A program made the position numbers and the translations under genes. A DNA stretch of 64,000 nucleotides. It comes from Patescibacteria group bacterium (lineage in GTDB: Bacteria; Patescibacteriota; Minisyncoccia; Phycocordibacterales; CSBR16-119). Positions 16,908-25,316 of the stretch are shown here, piece after piece; position 1 is the first letter of the stretch; the number at the start of each line of letters is the position of its first letter. The notes beneath the pieces were generated by a model. The model made no database searches, was not told where the DNA came from, and saw only the letters and a list, made by a program, of their open reading frames with translations. The stretch covers positions 40-64,039 of the forward strand of contig JAUPTX010000002.1 of NCBI GenBank assembly GCA_030917865.1, in the 5' to 3' direction.

Positions 16908-17675
16908 ATGACAACAGAGTTAATTAAACAATTACGAGACGAGACTGGTATTTCTGTAATGCAATGTAAAAAAGCGTTAGAAGAAGCTGGTGGAGATGTA
17001 GAAAAAGCGAGAATCATCCTTAAAAAGAAAAGCGGTGTCGCTGCTTCTAAAAAAGCTGACAGAGAGCTCGCTTCTGGATTTATTGCGTCAGCAGCAGGAG
17101 AAGGAAAAGTTGCTATCGTTACTCTTTTCTGCGAAACAGACTTCGTTGCAAAAAATGAAGACTTTATAAAGGTTGCAAAATCTATCGCAGAAAAAGCTAT
17201 AACTGAAGGAGAATCTGCAAAAGAATCTTCTTCTGATACGGTAAACGAATTGATTCAAAAAATCGGAGAAAATATCAAAATTGGTGATATTAAAATCGCA
17301 GAAGGAAATGCTGGATCTTATGTTCACAATGGACAAATCGCAGCCGTAGTAAACCTAAAAGAAAAGAACGATGAACTGGCTCGCGATATCGCAATGCACA
17401 TAACAGCAATGCGACCAGCTTTCATGAACGAATCTGACATCGACGAAACAGCAAAAGAAAATGCTAAATCTATTTTCAGCAAAGAAGTAGAAGAACAAGC
17501 AAAAGACAAACCTGAAGAGATGAAGACTCAAATCTTAAACGGCAAACTTGCATCTTTCTTTAAAGATCAAGTTTTAATGAAGCAATCTTTCGTAAAAGAT
17601 CCTTCTAAAACAATAGAACAGCTTGTTAAAGAAGCAAATAACGAAATAGTGTCTTATACACTAGAACAAATATAG
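16908..17675 (+). CDS. tsf: elongation factor Ts (start moved to the internal ATG at 16908; the ORF track begins at 16860)
   Basis: MTTELIKQLRDETGISVMQCKKALEEAGGDVEKA matches the conserved EF-Ts N-terminus. The 16860 ATG lies inside the rpsB hairpin. Confidence 0.9.
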   Translation: MTTELIKQLRDETGISVMQCKKALEEAGGDVEKARIILKKKSGVAASKKADRELASGFIASAAGEGKVAIVTLFCETDFVAKNEDFIKVAKSIAEKAITEGESAKESSSDTVNELIQKIGENIKIGDIKIAEGNAGSYVHNGQIAAVVNLKEKNDELARDIAMHITAMRPAFMNESDIDETAKENAKSIFSKEVEEQAKDKPEEMKTQILNGKLASFFKDQVLMKQSFVKDPSKTIEQLVKEANNEIVSYTLEQI

Positions 17676-17678
17676 TTT

Positions 17679-18110
17679 ATGCAAACTCTTCTTATCATAT
17701 TTGGAATATCTTTAATTGGAATTCTGGTAATGATATACCGCGGTGTTTCTCATGTTCGAAGAAATGGCTTTGAACATGAGGAAGACGGTGTCCACCCTGT
17801 TGCGAAAAACCTAAATTCCATACTAAAAAAGATTGGAATAATTTTCACTTACATAATGCATGTGATAGCGGCATTTCTTTCAAGGATCTGGGCCAGGATA
17901 ACCCACAAGATTTCAAATATCTACAAGAAGATTGTAAACAAGCTAGAAGACTACTTCAAACACAAACACGAGAACAATATAAACAAAGATATAAAAACAC
18001 AGTCAATACTTCTAACCACAATAAAGGCCTATAAAAAAGAAATAAAGAAACTAAACCAAAAAATAGAGCCTGACCAGATGCGACCAAAAGACAATACAAA
18101 AGTGGAATAA
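17679..18110 (+). CDS. hypothetical membrane protein (143 aa) immediately downstream of tsf
   Basis: Two hydrophobic segments (LLIIFGISLIGILVMIY and IGIIFTYIMHVIAAFL), then a lysine-rich tail. Starts 4 nt after the tsf stop. Confidence 0.5.
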   Translation: MQTLLIIFGISLIGILVMIYRGVSHVRRNGFEHEEDGVHPVAKNLNSILKKIGIIFTYIMHVIAAFLSRIWARITHKISNIYKKIVNKLEDYFKHKHENNINKDIKTQSILLTTIKAYKKEIKKLNQKIEPDQMRPKDNTKVE

Positions 18111-18184
18111 CAAGGGTTGACTTTATGTCAGAAAAAAATAAAATAGAGTAAGTTTTTGAAATATAGAACTGAAATATTTTATAC

Positions 18185-18260
18185 GCCGTCTTAGCTCAGT
18201 TGGTAGAGCAACCGCCTTGTAAGCGGTAGGTCCCGAGTTCAAATCTCGGAGACGGCTCCA
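18185..18260 (+). tRNA. tRNA-Thr (anticodon TGT), CCA encoded
   Basis: Hand-folded: acceptor GCCGTCT/AGACGGC, D-arm GCTCAGTTGGTAGAGC, anticodon stem ACCGC/GCGGT with loop CTTGTAA, T-arm CCGAGTTCAAATCTCGG, then TCCA. Confidence 0.9.
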
Positions 18261-18261
18261 A

Positions 18262-18294
18262 ATAAATAAACCCCGTAAGGGGTTTATTTATTTG
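18262..18294. terminator. bidirectional terminator (AAATAAACCCC-GTAA-GGGGTTTATTT)
   Basis: Perfect palindrome with A/T-rich flanks, between tRNA-Thr (+) and the convergent minus-strand gene. Confidence 0.7.
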
Positions 18295-19528
18295 GAGGGT
18301 TTATGGAGTTTCTTATTTTTTTAGCCAAAATCTGACTATAGCTCATATTTTTACCATCAACAACTTCGTCTTTACCAACACTCTTATGTTCAATATCTAT
18401 ACCAAAAAATTTTTCCGCAACCGCCAAAGCAAGTCTTGCATCTTCTTCCGAAGCACCATGCATAACAACCTGATCATTTAACCTAACACCCTGTTCTGAC
18501 ATGTCTTGAAAAATTTTAATATCGCCATTGTATCCTGAATCCCTAAGAGATTTCATAAAATCAATAAACCTTTCTGGGGTTAGCGTATTTAAATCTTTTA
18601 AAGAAAAATATGATTTATAAGTCTCCTGTCCCACCTCAGCTGCACCATTATTTATCCCAAAAAATAACCACGAATCAGATTTTTGTGTTCCTTGTCTTAC
18701 TCTTATATTTTCAGAAATAAATCGATTTTCTTCACCGGCCTTTTCTTTCATAAGATAAGAAAATCTTGCAAACTCTTTTTCAGACTCTGGTTTTATACGT
18801 GCTTTTATTTTTCTATTCTCTAAAACAATCTCATTCACTGAAGTGCCCATACGCTGCCAAGGAGCAAGCCTTAACTGGTCATCATCAATAGCTAAATGAT
18901 TTTTAATAGCAAAATCAACGTAATCTTCTCGAGAAATTTTTGACAAGTCTACACCTTGGTATTTTGCAATTTTTGCCAACTCATAACTGGCAGACCATCC
19001 ACTTAATTTTTTTCTCTCTTCAATATTTAAAAATTCAACATCTTTATTAGACGAAGGGGCATCAATAGTTTCGCCTTGTGTTTCAGCATCTTTGGCAAAT
19101 TCTTCAATCCCAAGAAGACTTCTTATTTCTTTAATTTTTTTATTATCTTCGACTTTTCTTTCTGTTATTTTATTATGTTTTTCTTCTTGTTTCTTTAGGG
19201 CGGCAACACATCTAGCTTTCCATTCTTTTATTTTTCTTGTTTTATCTTCATCTATATATTCAGGGATTGTCCAAATAAAATCTAAAGTTTCAGAATCAAT
19301 ACCATCAAACGCATATTTTGAAGGAATTGTATCCATCTCATTATCTTTATTTTCTTGAGATATTTCAGATAATCTTTTTTCAAGAGCAGAAGTAAATGAA
19401 GGAGGTAAACCTTGAAAAATAGAATCTCTTGATTCACCGTTTTTAATACGCTCTACATATTCTTCTATCTTTTTTTCTGCAGCAGATATATTTAAATTGT
19501 CTCTCTGAGATTCCATAAACAAATACAC
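18284..19528 (-). CDS. hypothetical acidic protein (414 aa); the true start may be the second Met (MESQRDN)
   Basis: Long complete ORF with protein-like composition and no recognisable motif. Confidence 0.6.
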   Translation of the reverse strand: MYLFMESQRDNLNISAAEKKIEEYVERIKNGESRDSIFQGLPPSFTSALEKRLSEISQENKDNEMDTIPSKYAFDGIDSETLDFIWTIPEYIDEDKTRKIKEWKARCVAALKKQEEKHNKITERKVEDNKKIKEIRSLLGIEEFAKDAETQGETIDAPSSNKDVEFLNIEERKKLSGWSASYELAKIAKYQGVDLSKISREDYVDFAIKNHLAIDDDQLRLAPWQRMGTSVNEIVLENRKIKARIKPESEKEFARFSYLMKEKAGEENRFISENIRVRQGTQKSDSWLFFGINNGAAEVGQETYKSYFSLKDLNTLTPERFIDFMKSLRDSGYNGDIKIFQDMSEQGVRLNDQVVMHGASEEDARLALAVAEKFFGIDIEHKSVGKDEVVDGKNMSYSQILAKKIRNSINPPNK

Positions 19529-19563
19529 TTTATCATCTTATTAATTTTTCTACAATATAATCA

Positions 19564-19594
19564 AAAGCCGGAACGCGAAGCGTTCCGGCTTTTG
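19564..19594. terminator. bidirectional terminator (AAAAGCCGGAACGC-GAA-GCGTTCCGGCTTTT)
   Basis: Perfect 10-bp stem with A-run and T-run flanks. Confidence 0.7.
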
Positions 19595-19595
19595 A

Positions 19596-19955
19596 TTATT
19601 TCACCACTCCCCAATCCCCTTTATACAAAATCCCTTCCACCTTATGGTTATCAATCCAAACATAGTTTCCACCGCGAGGTTTATCCATTAGAAGCGCGTG
19701 ATATTTAAATCCATGATCTTTTAGCCACTTCTCTGTTACCTCTCGATGATCTTTATTTGATCTTGAGGTAAAGAAGGTCACAATGTGCCCAGCTTCATAA
19801 AGAGAATTGATTTTCTCTCTTGCGCCAACATACTCTTTAGAGGTCACCATTCGCTCTGGCTCCTCATTCGGAATATCATCGCAGATGGTTCCATCTATAT
19901 CTATTAGATAATTTATCTTACCTTCTGGTAAAACAGGGCTTACGTTTCCTGACAT
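19596..19955 (-). CDS. small HAD-superfamily phosphatase-like protein (119 aa)
   Basis: DxDGT motif I (LIDIDGTICDD), T/S motif II (FFTSRS), Lys in MDKPRGG, Asp in WIDNH. Confidence 0.55.
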   Translation of the reverse strand: MSGNVSPVLPEGKINYLIDIDGTICDDIPNEEPERMVTSKEYVGAREKINSLYEAGHIVTFFTSRSNKDHREVTEKWLKDHGFKYHALLMDKPRGGNYVWIDNHKVEGILYKGDWGVVK

Positions 19956-19961
19956 TTTATT

Positions 19962-20690
19962 TTAATTAGTAGAGTCTTTTTCTGATTCTTTCTTCTCTGC
20001 CTCTTCTAAAGCTTTTTTCTCAGCTTCTCTTTTTTCCTTTATCTTCAAAAGCTCTGGCATTATTGTCTCTATATCTTCGCGAGATTTAAATCCTTTATAG
20101 ACTCTTTCGTTTATTATAAGAGCTGGAAGATTTTGATCTATTTGATAAATTGATTTTAGTGCATCGATAGCAGAAAGATCCATATAGTAATCGAAAGAAT
20201 AAACTCGAAGCTCAGGATACTCTTGTCTTAGATCTGTTAAAACATATCCTTGCTTACCACAATCCTCACAGTCTTCTCTTCCATAAAAGTATATTATAGA
20301 TTCAATATTTAGATTACATCTTTCTGTTGCTTTTTGCATTAAAAGAAAGTCTTTTATCTGTAGTAGAGAATAATATTTTTTAAGACTTAAAAGTTCACCA
20401 TCTAAGTCGAAATTTTTCTCTCCGTATTCTATCTTGCTTGCAAGCTCGTTTAACTCTTTAGATAAAATAGAGTCTGTAATATTTTCACAAGAAAGTTCTT
20501 CGAATAAATCAAATTGAGTTTCCAGAGAAAGAATGTCTATAGATATGGTATCTTCTATCTTTCTGATTTCTTCTAATTTACTGTTGTTTAGATTATTAGA
20601 AATATAGAAAGCAGTAGCAAATATAAAAATGGTTATAAAAAACACTATAATATACTTCTTCCAATCATTTTTTTCTTCAATATTTTTCAT
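19962..20690 (-). CDS. membrane-anchored protein with an extracytoplasmic CxxC motif (possibly thioredoxin-like)
   Basis: N-terminal TM helix. YFYGREDCEDCGKQGYV segment (CxxC). Lysine/glutamate-rich tail. Tightly linked to the GT2 gene upstream. Confidence 0.5.
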   Translation of the reverse strand: MKNIEEKNDWKKYIIVFFITIFIFATAFYISNNLNNSKLEEIRKIEDTISIDILSLETQFDLFEELSCENITDSILSKELNELASKIEYGEKNFDLDGELLSLKKYYSLLQIKDFLLMQKATERCNLNIESIIYFYGREDCEDCGKQGYVLTDLRQEYPELRVYSFDYYMDLSAIDALKSIYQIDQNLPALIINERVYKGFKSREDIETIMPELLKIKEKREAEKKALEEAEKKESEKDSTN

Positions 20691-20701
20691 AGGATATTAC
20701 T

Positions 20702-21952
20702 TTACCTCCAAGCGGTCTTTTTTGCAAATACTGCGTTATAAATCGCTTTCATAACCCAAAAAGGAGCAATGAAAGAAAATGTAAACATAAATAATATAAT
20801 TCTTAAATCGAATCCATATTTTCCGGTCGCCATTCTTTTACCGATTATGATTGTTGTCATAACAATCAAATAAAGAACAAGTCCTGTGAACACATAAGCT
20901 TCTGTGTTTAGGAAAAATGTATCAAAGTTAGGCATGCCAAAAGTAAAATTGAAATCGAAACCGGTAATGCTAACTTTTTCGATGAATTTAATTATTGCTT
21001 TAATAATTTGAACAAACAAAAGACCTAGAATATATGGCACAGCAATAATAGAAACGAATCCAGCAGGAACAGCAAGTAAAGAAAAAGTTCCGTACTCTTT
21101 TTTAAATAATATGTGCTTATAATCTAGAGTATTCATTATAAATCCATATATCCATCTAAGTCTTTGTTTATAAAGCGCTAAAACATTTTTAGGTCCAGTT
21201 GTATAAACAAAAGCATCGTTACATTGATCAATCTTGTAGTGATTTTTCTGCATACGAAAAGCTATTTCCATATCTTCTGTATTGTGAGCCTTTCTAAAAA
21301 GACCAAGATTTGTGAAGACCTCTCTCCTAAACACAGAAAAAGGTCCAGGTGTAACGTATATTCCACCAAGTATACCTAAAACCTTCTTTAAAAAGACAGC
21401 CCATTCGTATTCAACTTTTTGCAAAACCTGAGTAAAGCTTTTAGGCTTGTCTATTAGAATAGACGGTGCCACAGCCATTGTCTTCGGATCTTTTTGGAAA
21501 TAAGATATTATTCTTCGCAGCGCGTCCGGATCAACGAAAGAGTCTGCATCCAAACAAGAAACGAATTCAGATTCTGAATTTTCTATAGCATAGTTAACAG
21601 CAGTGTGTTTACCACCGTTTTCTTTTTGAATTATTTTTATATTAGGGTATTTTTCAAATTTTTTCAGAACCTGCCAAGTATTATCTGTAGATCCGTCATC
21701 AACAGCGATAATAGTCACCTTGTCTTTTGGATAATCCATCGCAAGCAAAGAATTTAAGGTTTTTTCAACTGTTTTTTCTTCATTCCAACAAGGAACAGCC
21801 ACTGCCACGGTTGGATAATAGTCTAATTTAGTAGTACCTTTTCGATACTGTATCTTTTTTCTTTTCTCAAAAAAGGTAATCAAAAAGAATATCTGCACAT
21901 ACATGGAGATAAAGGCCAAAATATAGAATATTATAGTCGAAACATTATTCAT
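20702..21952 (-). CDS. family-2 glycosyltransferase, processive type (Q-R-x-R-W motif), polytopic membrane protein
   Basis: VAVAVPCWNEE...IIAVDDGSTDNT (DxD region), QRLRW motif, and TM helices at both ends. Resembles PgaC, IcaA and cellulose-synthase-like synthases. Confidence 0.8.
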   Translation of the reverse strand: MNNVSTIIFYILAFISMYVQIFFLITFFEKRKKIQYRKGTTKLDYYPTVAVAVPCWNEEKTVEKTLNSLLAMDYPKDKVTIIAVDDGSTDNTWQVLKKFEKYPNIKIIQKENGGKHTAVNYAIENSESEFVSCLDADSFVDPDALRRIISYFQKDPKTMAVAPSILIDKPKSFTQVLQKVEYEWAVFLKKVLGILGGIYVTPGPFSVFRREVFTNLGLFRKAHNTEDMEIAFRMQKNHYKIDQCNDAFVYTTGPKNVLALYKQRLRWIYGFIMNTLDYKHILFKKEYGTFSLLAVPAGFVSIIAVPYILGLLFVQIIKAIIKFIEKVSITGFDFNFTFGMPNFDTFFLNTEAYVFTGLVLYLIVMTTIIIGKRMATGKYGFDLRIILFMFTFSFIAPFWVMKAIYNAVFAKKTAWR

Positions 21953-22007
21953 TTAGACGTTTGGTATTATACCACAAAATAGGCTGTTTTACAACACTAA
22001 AATATTA

Positions 22008-22262
22008 TTATTTGTGGACGTCGCAAGATCCGTCTTTACAAGAAGCACAAGACCCATTATCGCACTTTTTACACCCGCAATGCCCCATTATTATATAAAC
22101 TGCAGAAACACCGACGAGGGCGTAGATTATGTAAGCCAAACTTCCTGATCCAACAATCAAGGTCACCAAATTTATCTCTCCGCCCAAAAATAAGCCACCC
22201 ACCGCAACAAGCCCCCAATTAAGCGCACCTATTAAAGTTAACCACCATGCTATTTTTTTCAT
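22008..22262 (-). CDS. DUF378-family small membrane protein with a cysteine-rich C-terminal tail
   Basis: LTLIGALNWGLVAVGG matches the DUF378 core. Tail GHCGCKKCDNGSCASCKDGSCDVHK carries 8 Cys. Confidence 0.6.
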   Translation of the reverse strand: MKKIAWWLTLIGALNWGLVAVGGLFLGGEINLVTLIVGSGSLAYIIYALVGVSAVYIIMGHCGCKKCDNGSCASCKDGSCDVHK

Positions 22263-22315
22263 ATAATTATAAAATTTATTTCGTAATAATACTTTAGTAA
22301 AAGTATAGCACAGCT

Positions 22316-23566
22316 CTAATCAAAGTAGTTTCGAAGTCTAGCAATCTTTTCGTTATTTCTTAATTTTTCATGAACCTTGGCTTCGATTTGTCGAATTCTT
22401 TCTCGGGTAACACCAAACTCATGACCCACTTCTTCTAGTGTGTGCTGTATTCCATCCTCTAGACCATAGCGCATTTCTAAAATTTTCTTTTCTTTTGGCG
22501 AAAGCTCATTAAGAACCTCTTTAATCTGGTCAGACAAAATTCTTTGAGCAGAATCTTGGTCAGGACGCGCGATTTTATCATCAGCAATAAATTCTCCGAG
22601 AGTTGATTTGTCTTCGTCTTCACTTATTGGCTTTTCCAAAGATGCAGTGGATTGGCTAATCTTTTCTATAACGTGAATCTTTTCAACCTCAACGCCCATC
22701 TCTGTTGCAACTTCTTCAGCCAAAGGCTCCCTTCCTAAATCTTGGAAAAGTCTTCTGTAAACTTGTTTATATTTTGAAATCGTTTCAACCATGTGCACGG
22801 GTATACGGATGGTTCTAGATTGGTCCGCTAAAGCTCGAGTGATAGATTGTCTGATCCACCATGTTGCATATGTAGAGAATTTGAAACCCTTTGACCAGTC
22901 GAATTTTTCTACCGCTTTGAAAAGCCCCAGGTTTCCTTCTTGAATCAAATCAAGCAAAGTTAAGTCCTGACTTCTTCCAGAATATTTTTTCGCGATAGAA
23001 ACAACCAAACGAAGGTTTGCCCTCGCAAGCAAGTTTTTAGCTTCTTCGTCGCCCGCTTCTATTCTTTTTGCCAAATCTTTTTCTTCTGAAGCCTTAATCA
23101 AAGAATACTGACCAATTTCCTTTAGATACATTTGAATAGAATCTCTACCTTTTTTATCTTTTACATATTTTTCTATTTTATCTTTTGGATCTTCAAAGTC
23201 GAGCAAATTACCACCCTCCAAAACATCGATTCCAGAATCCATCATCTGAGAATATAGATCATCTAAAAAGATAACGTCGTTTTCAATATTTGGAAAAGTT
23301 TTTAGAATTTCATCGTAAGTAATAAACCCTCTTTTCTTACCTTTTTCGATTATTTGATCAGCCTGCTTTTGTTGAATTTCAGCTTTTGTTAAAACCTTCT
23401 TCTCTCTTGAACCCTTTACAAGAGTCTTTTTTATAATCTTCTTTACTTCTTTTTTAACAACCTTTTTAGTAACAGGCTTTTTTGAAACCTTTTTTACAGA
23501 TTTTTTAGCAGCTTTTTTTACAACTTTCTTTACCATCTTTTTATTTGTCTTTTTTGTTTTTGGCAT
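22316..23566 (-). CDS. rpoD: RNA polymerase primary sigma factor (sigma-70 family) with a roughly 50-aa lysine-rich N-terminal extension
   Basis: Regions 1.2 to 4 are present ([65 protein letters not shown]). The N-terminus is KK(x)VKK repeats. Confidence 0.9.
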   Translation of the reverse strand: MPKTKKTNKKMVKKVVKKAAKKSVKKVSKKPVTKKVVKKEVKKIIKKTLVKGSREKKVLTKAEIQQKQADQIIEKGKKRGFITYDEILKTFPNIENDVIFLDDLYSQMMDSGIDVLEGGNLLDFEDPKDKIEKYVKDKKGRDSIQMYLKEIGQYSLIKASEEKDLAKRIEAGDEEAKNLLARANLRLVVSIAKKYSGRSQDLTLLDLIQEGNLGLFKAVEKFDWSKGFKFSTYATWWIRQSITRALADQSRTIRIPVHMVETISKYKQVYRRLFQDLGREPLAEEVATEMGVEVEKIHVIEKISQSTASLEKPISEDEDKSTLGEFIADDKIARPDQDSAQRILSDQIKEVLNELSPKEKKILEMRYGLEDGIQHTLEEVGHEFGVTRERIRQIEAKVHEKLRNNEKIARLRNYFD

Positions 23567-23571
23567 ATTTT

Positions 23572-25284
23572 TTAGTTTGATTTAATGTATCGACTATTAT
23601 TAATTTGATCAATTTCTTTTTGTAATAATTGTTGCTCTTTTAATAATTTATTAGCTCTCTCGTCATCCCTTTCACTATCGGCAAACCGAAGCTCTTCTTT
23701 TATATCTAATAACTTTTTTTGCAAGTAATTTCTTTTGTAATTATCAAATGTTTCTTCAAGTCCCAAAGTGTAATCTCTTTCACTAAAAACAAATTCGCTT
23801 TCTCTGTCTTTGAATTTATCTAAGAGTATTTGGAAACCTCCTTCTCCTGAAACCTCAACTATCTTTTCTTTAATCTTATCATCTTTATCTTTTGCAATAT
23901 ACGCTCCCCATATTTCTTTTTCTATATCACTGACTTTTTCTTCGATATTTTGAAATTCTTTTTTAGGCAAAGCTTCTTTTTTAGGAACAAAATTTGCTGT
24001 GGTGGCTTTTGATAAATCGGATATTATATAGTCTTCTTTGATTCCCGTTATAGAACTTACTTCTTTTATAAAATACGCTCTTTCTATATCACTATTTATT
24101 TTAACAATTTCCGGCAGGACTTCTTCTTTAATTCTTTTTCCTAAATCTCTTTCATCTTTAGCGGAATTTTTTATTTTATGTGTGTAAAATAAAATTAAAT
24201 GCTTTGCATTTTTTAAAATCTTTGACCAAGCATCCTTACCAAAGTCTTTTATAATATCTGCTGGATCTTTTCCACCAAGAACATCTACAATCTTAACGTC
24301 CATGCCTAAAGACATAGCGATAGATGCAGATCTTTTTGCTGCATTAACACCAGCGCTGTCAGAGTCGAAAGCTAAAACCAGATTATTAGAAAGTCTTTTA
24401 ATAACACCAAGATTGTTTACACTTGAATTTTTTCCTGTTGTTGTGTCAGAAAGCGCAGTCCCAGAAACACCCACAGTATTTTTAAATCCAGCCTGATGAA
24501 GAAGAGCTACGTCAAACTGCCCTTCTACTATTGTGGTGAAATTATATTTTCTAATATAATTTTTTGCCTTATCTATACCAAACAAAACGTCACTTTTATT
24601 AAATAGCGGAGTGTCTGGACTGTTAACGTATTTTGCAGATTTGCCATCGTCTTTAAATATTCTTCCAGAAAAAGCTATTGTTCTACCGGACGAATCACAA
24701 ATAGGAAACATTATTCTATCTCTGAAAGTATCATAGTGCCCTCTTTCTGTTTTCTTAATCAAGCCAACCAAAGACAAATCTTTTTCTTGAAATTTATTTT
24801 TTAAATAATCGTATAAATTTCTCCAGCCAGCCGGTGCATACCCAACACGAAATTCTTCTATACTTTTTTCTATAAGACCACGATTTAAAACAAGGTAATC
24901 AGTAACTTCTTTACTTTCTTTTAATTTCAACTGAAAAAACTTTGTAGCCTCTTCCATTATTTCGTAAAGTTTATCTTTTTCTTCTTTTTCTTTTGGATTA
25001 AAGTTTTGAAGAGAGATACCAGCTTTATCAGCCAAAACTTTCAAAGCTCCACGAAAGTCTAATCCCTCCATCTCCTGGACAAAGGTGAACATATCGCCAC
25101 CTTTGCCCGTCGAGAAGCAATGATACAGACCCTTATCAGGAGAAACATAAAAAGATGGTGTTCTCTCCTGCTTAAAAGGAGATTTACCTTTATAATTCTT
25201 CCCAGCTGGAACAAGAGCAACGTATGCTGAAACAACATCAACAATATTTAAACGCTCTTTAATTAAATCAACTGGAGATGTCAT
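23572..25284 (-). CDS. dnaG: DNA primase DnaG (TOPRIM); zinc-ribbon region present but its zinc ligands are substituted
   Basis: N-terminus [51 protein letters not shown] aligns to the CHC2 zinc finger but has S/K/S/T in place of C/H/C/C. TOPRIM motifs (EGQFDV, DSDSAG) are intact. Confidence 0.85.
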   Translation of the reverse strand: MTSPVDLIKERLNIVDVVSAYVALVPAGKNYKGKSPFKQERTPSFYVSPDKGLYHCFSTGKGGDMFTFVQEMEGLDFRGALKVLADKAGISLQNFNPKEKEEKDKLYEIMEEATKFFQLKLKESKEVTDYLVLNRGLIEKSIEEFRVGYAPAGWRNLYDYLKNKFQEKDLSLVGLIKKTERGHYDTFRDRIMFPICDSSGRTIAFSGRIFKDDGKSAKYVNSPDTPLFNKSDVLFGIDKAKNYIRKYNFTTIVEGQFDVALLHQAGFKNTVGVSGTALSDTTTGKNSSVNNLGVIKRLSNNLVLAFDSDSAGVNAAKRSASIAMSLGMDVKIVDVLGGKDPADIIKDFGKDAWSKILKNAKHLILFYTHKIKNSAKDERDLGKRIKEEVLPEIVKINSDIERAYFIKEVSSITGIKEDYIISDLSKATTANFVPKKEALPKKEFQNIEEKVSDIEKEIWGAYIAKDKDDKIKEKIVEVSGEGGFQILLDKFKDRESEFVFSERDYTLGLEETFDNYKRNYLQKKLLDIKEELRFADSERDDERANKLLKEQQLLQKEIDQINNSRYIKSN

Positions 25285-25316
25285 AAATAAAGGTATTTCT
25301 CTTTTATTTTAAGATA

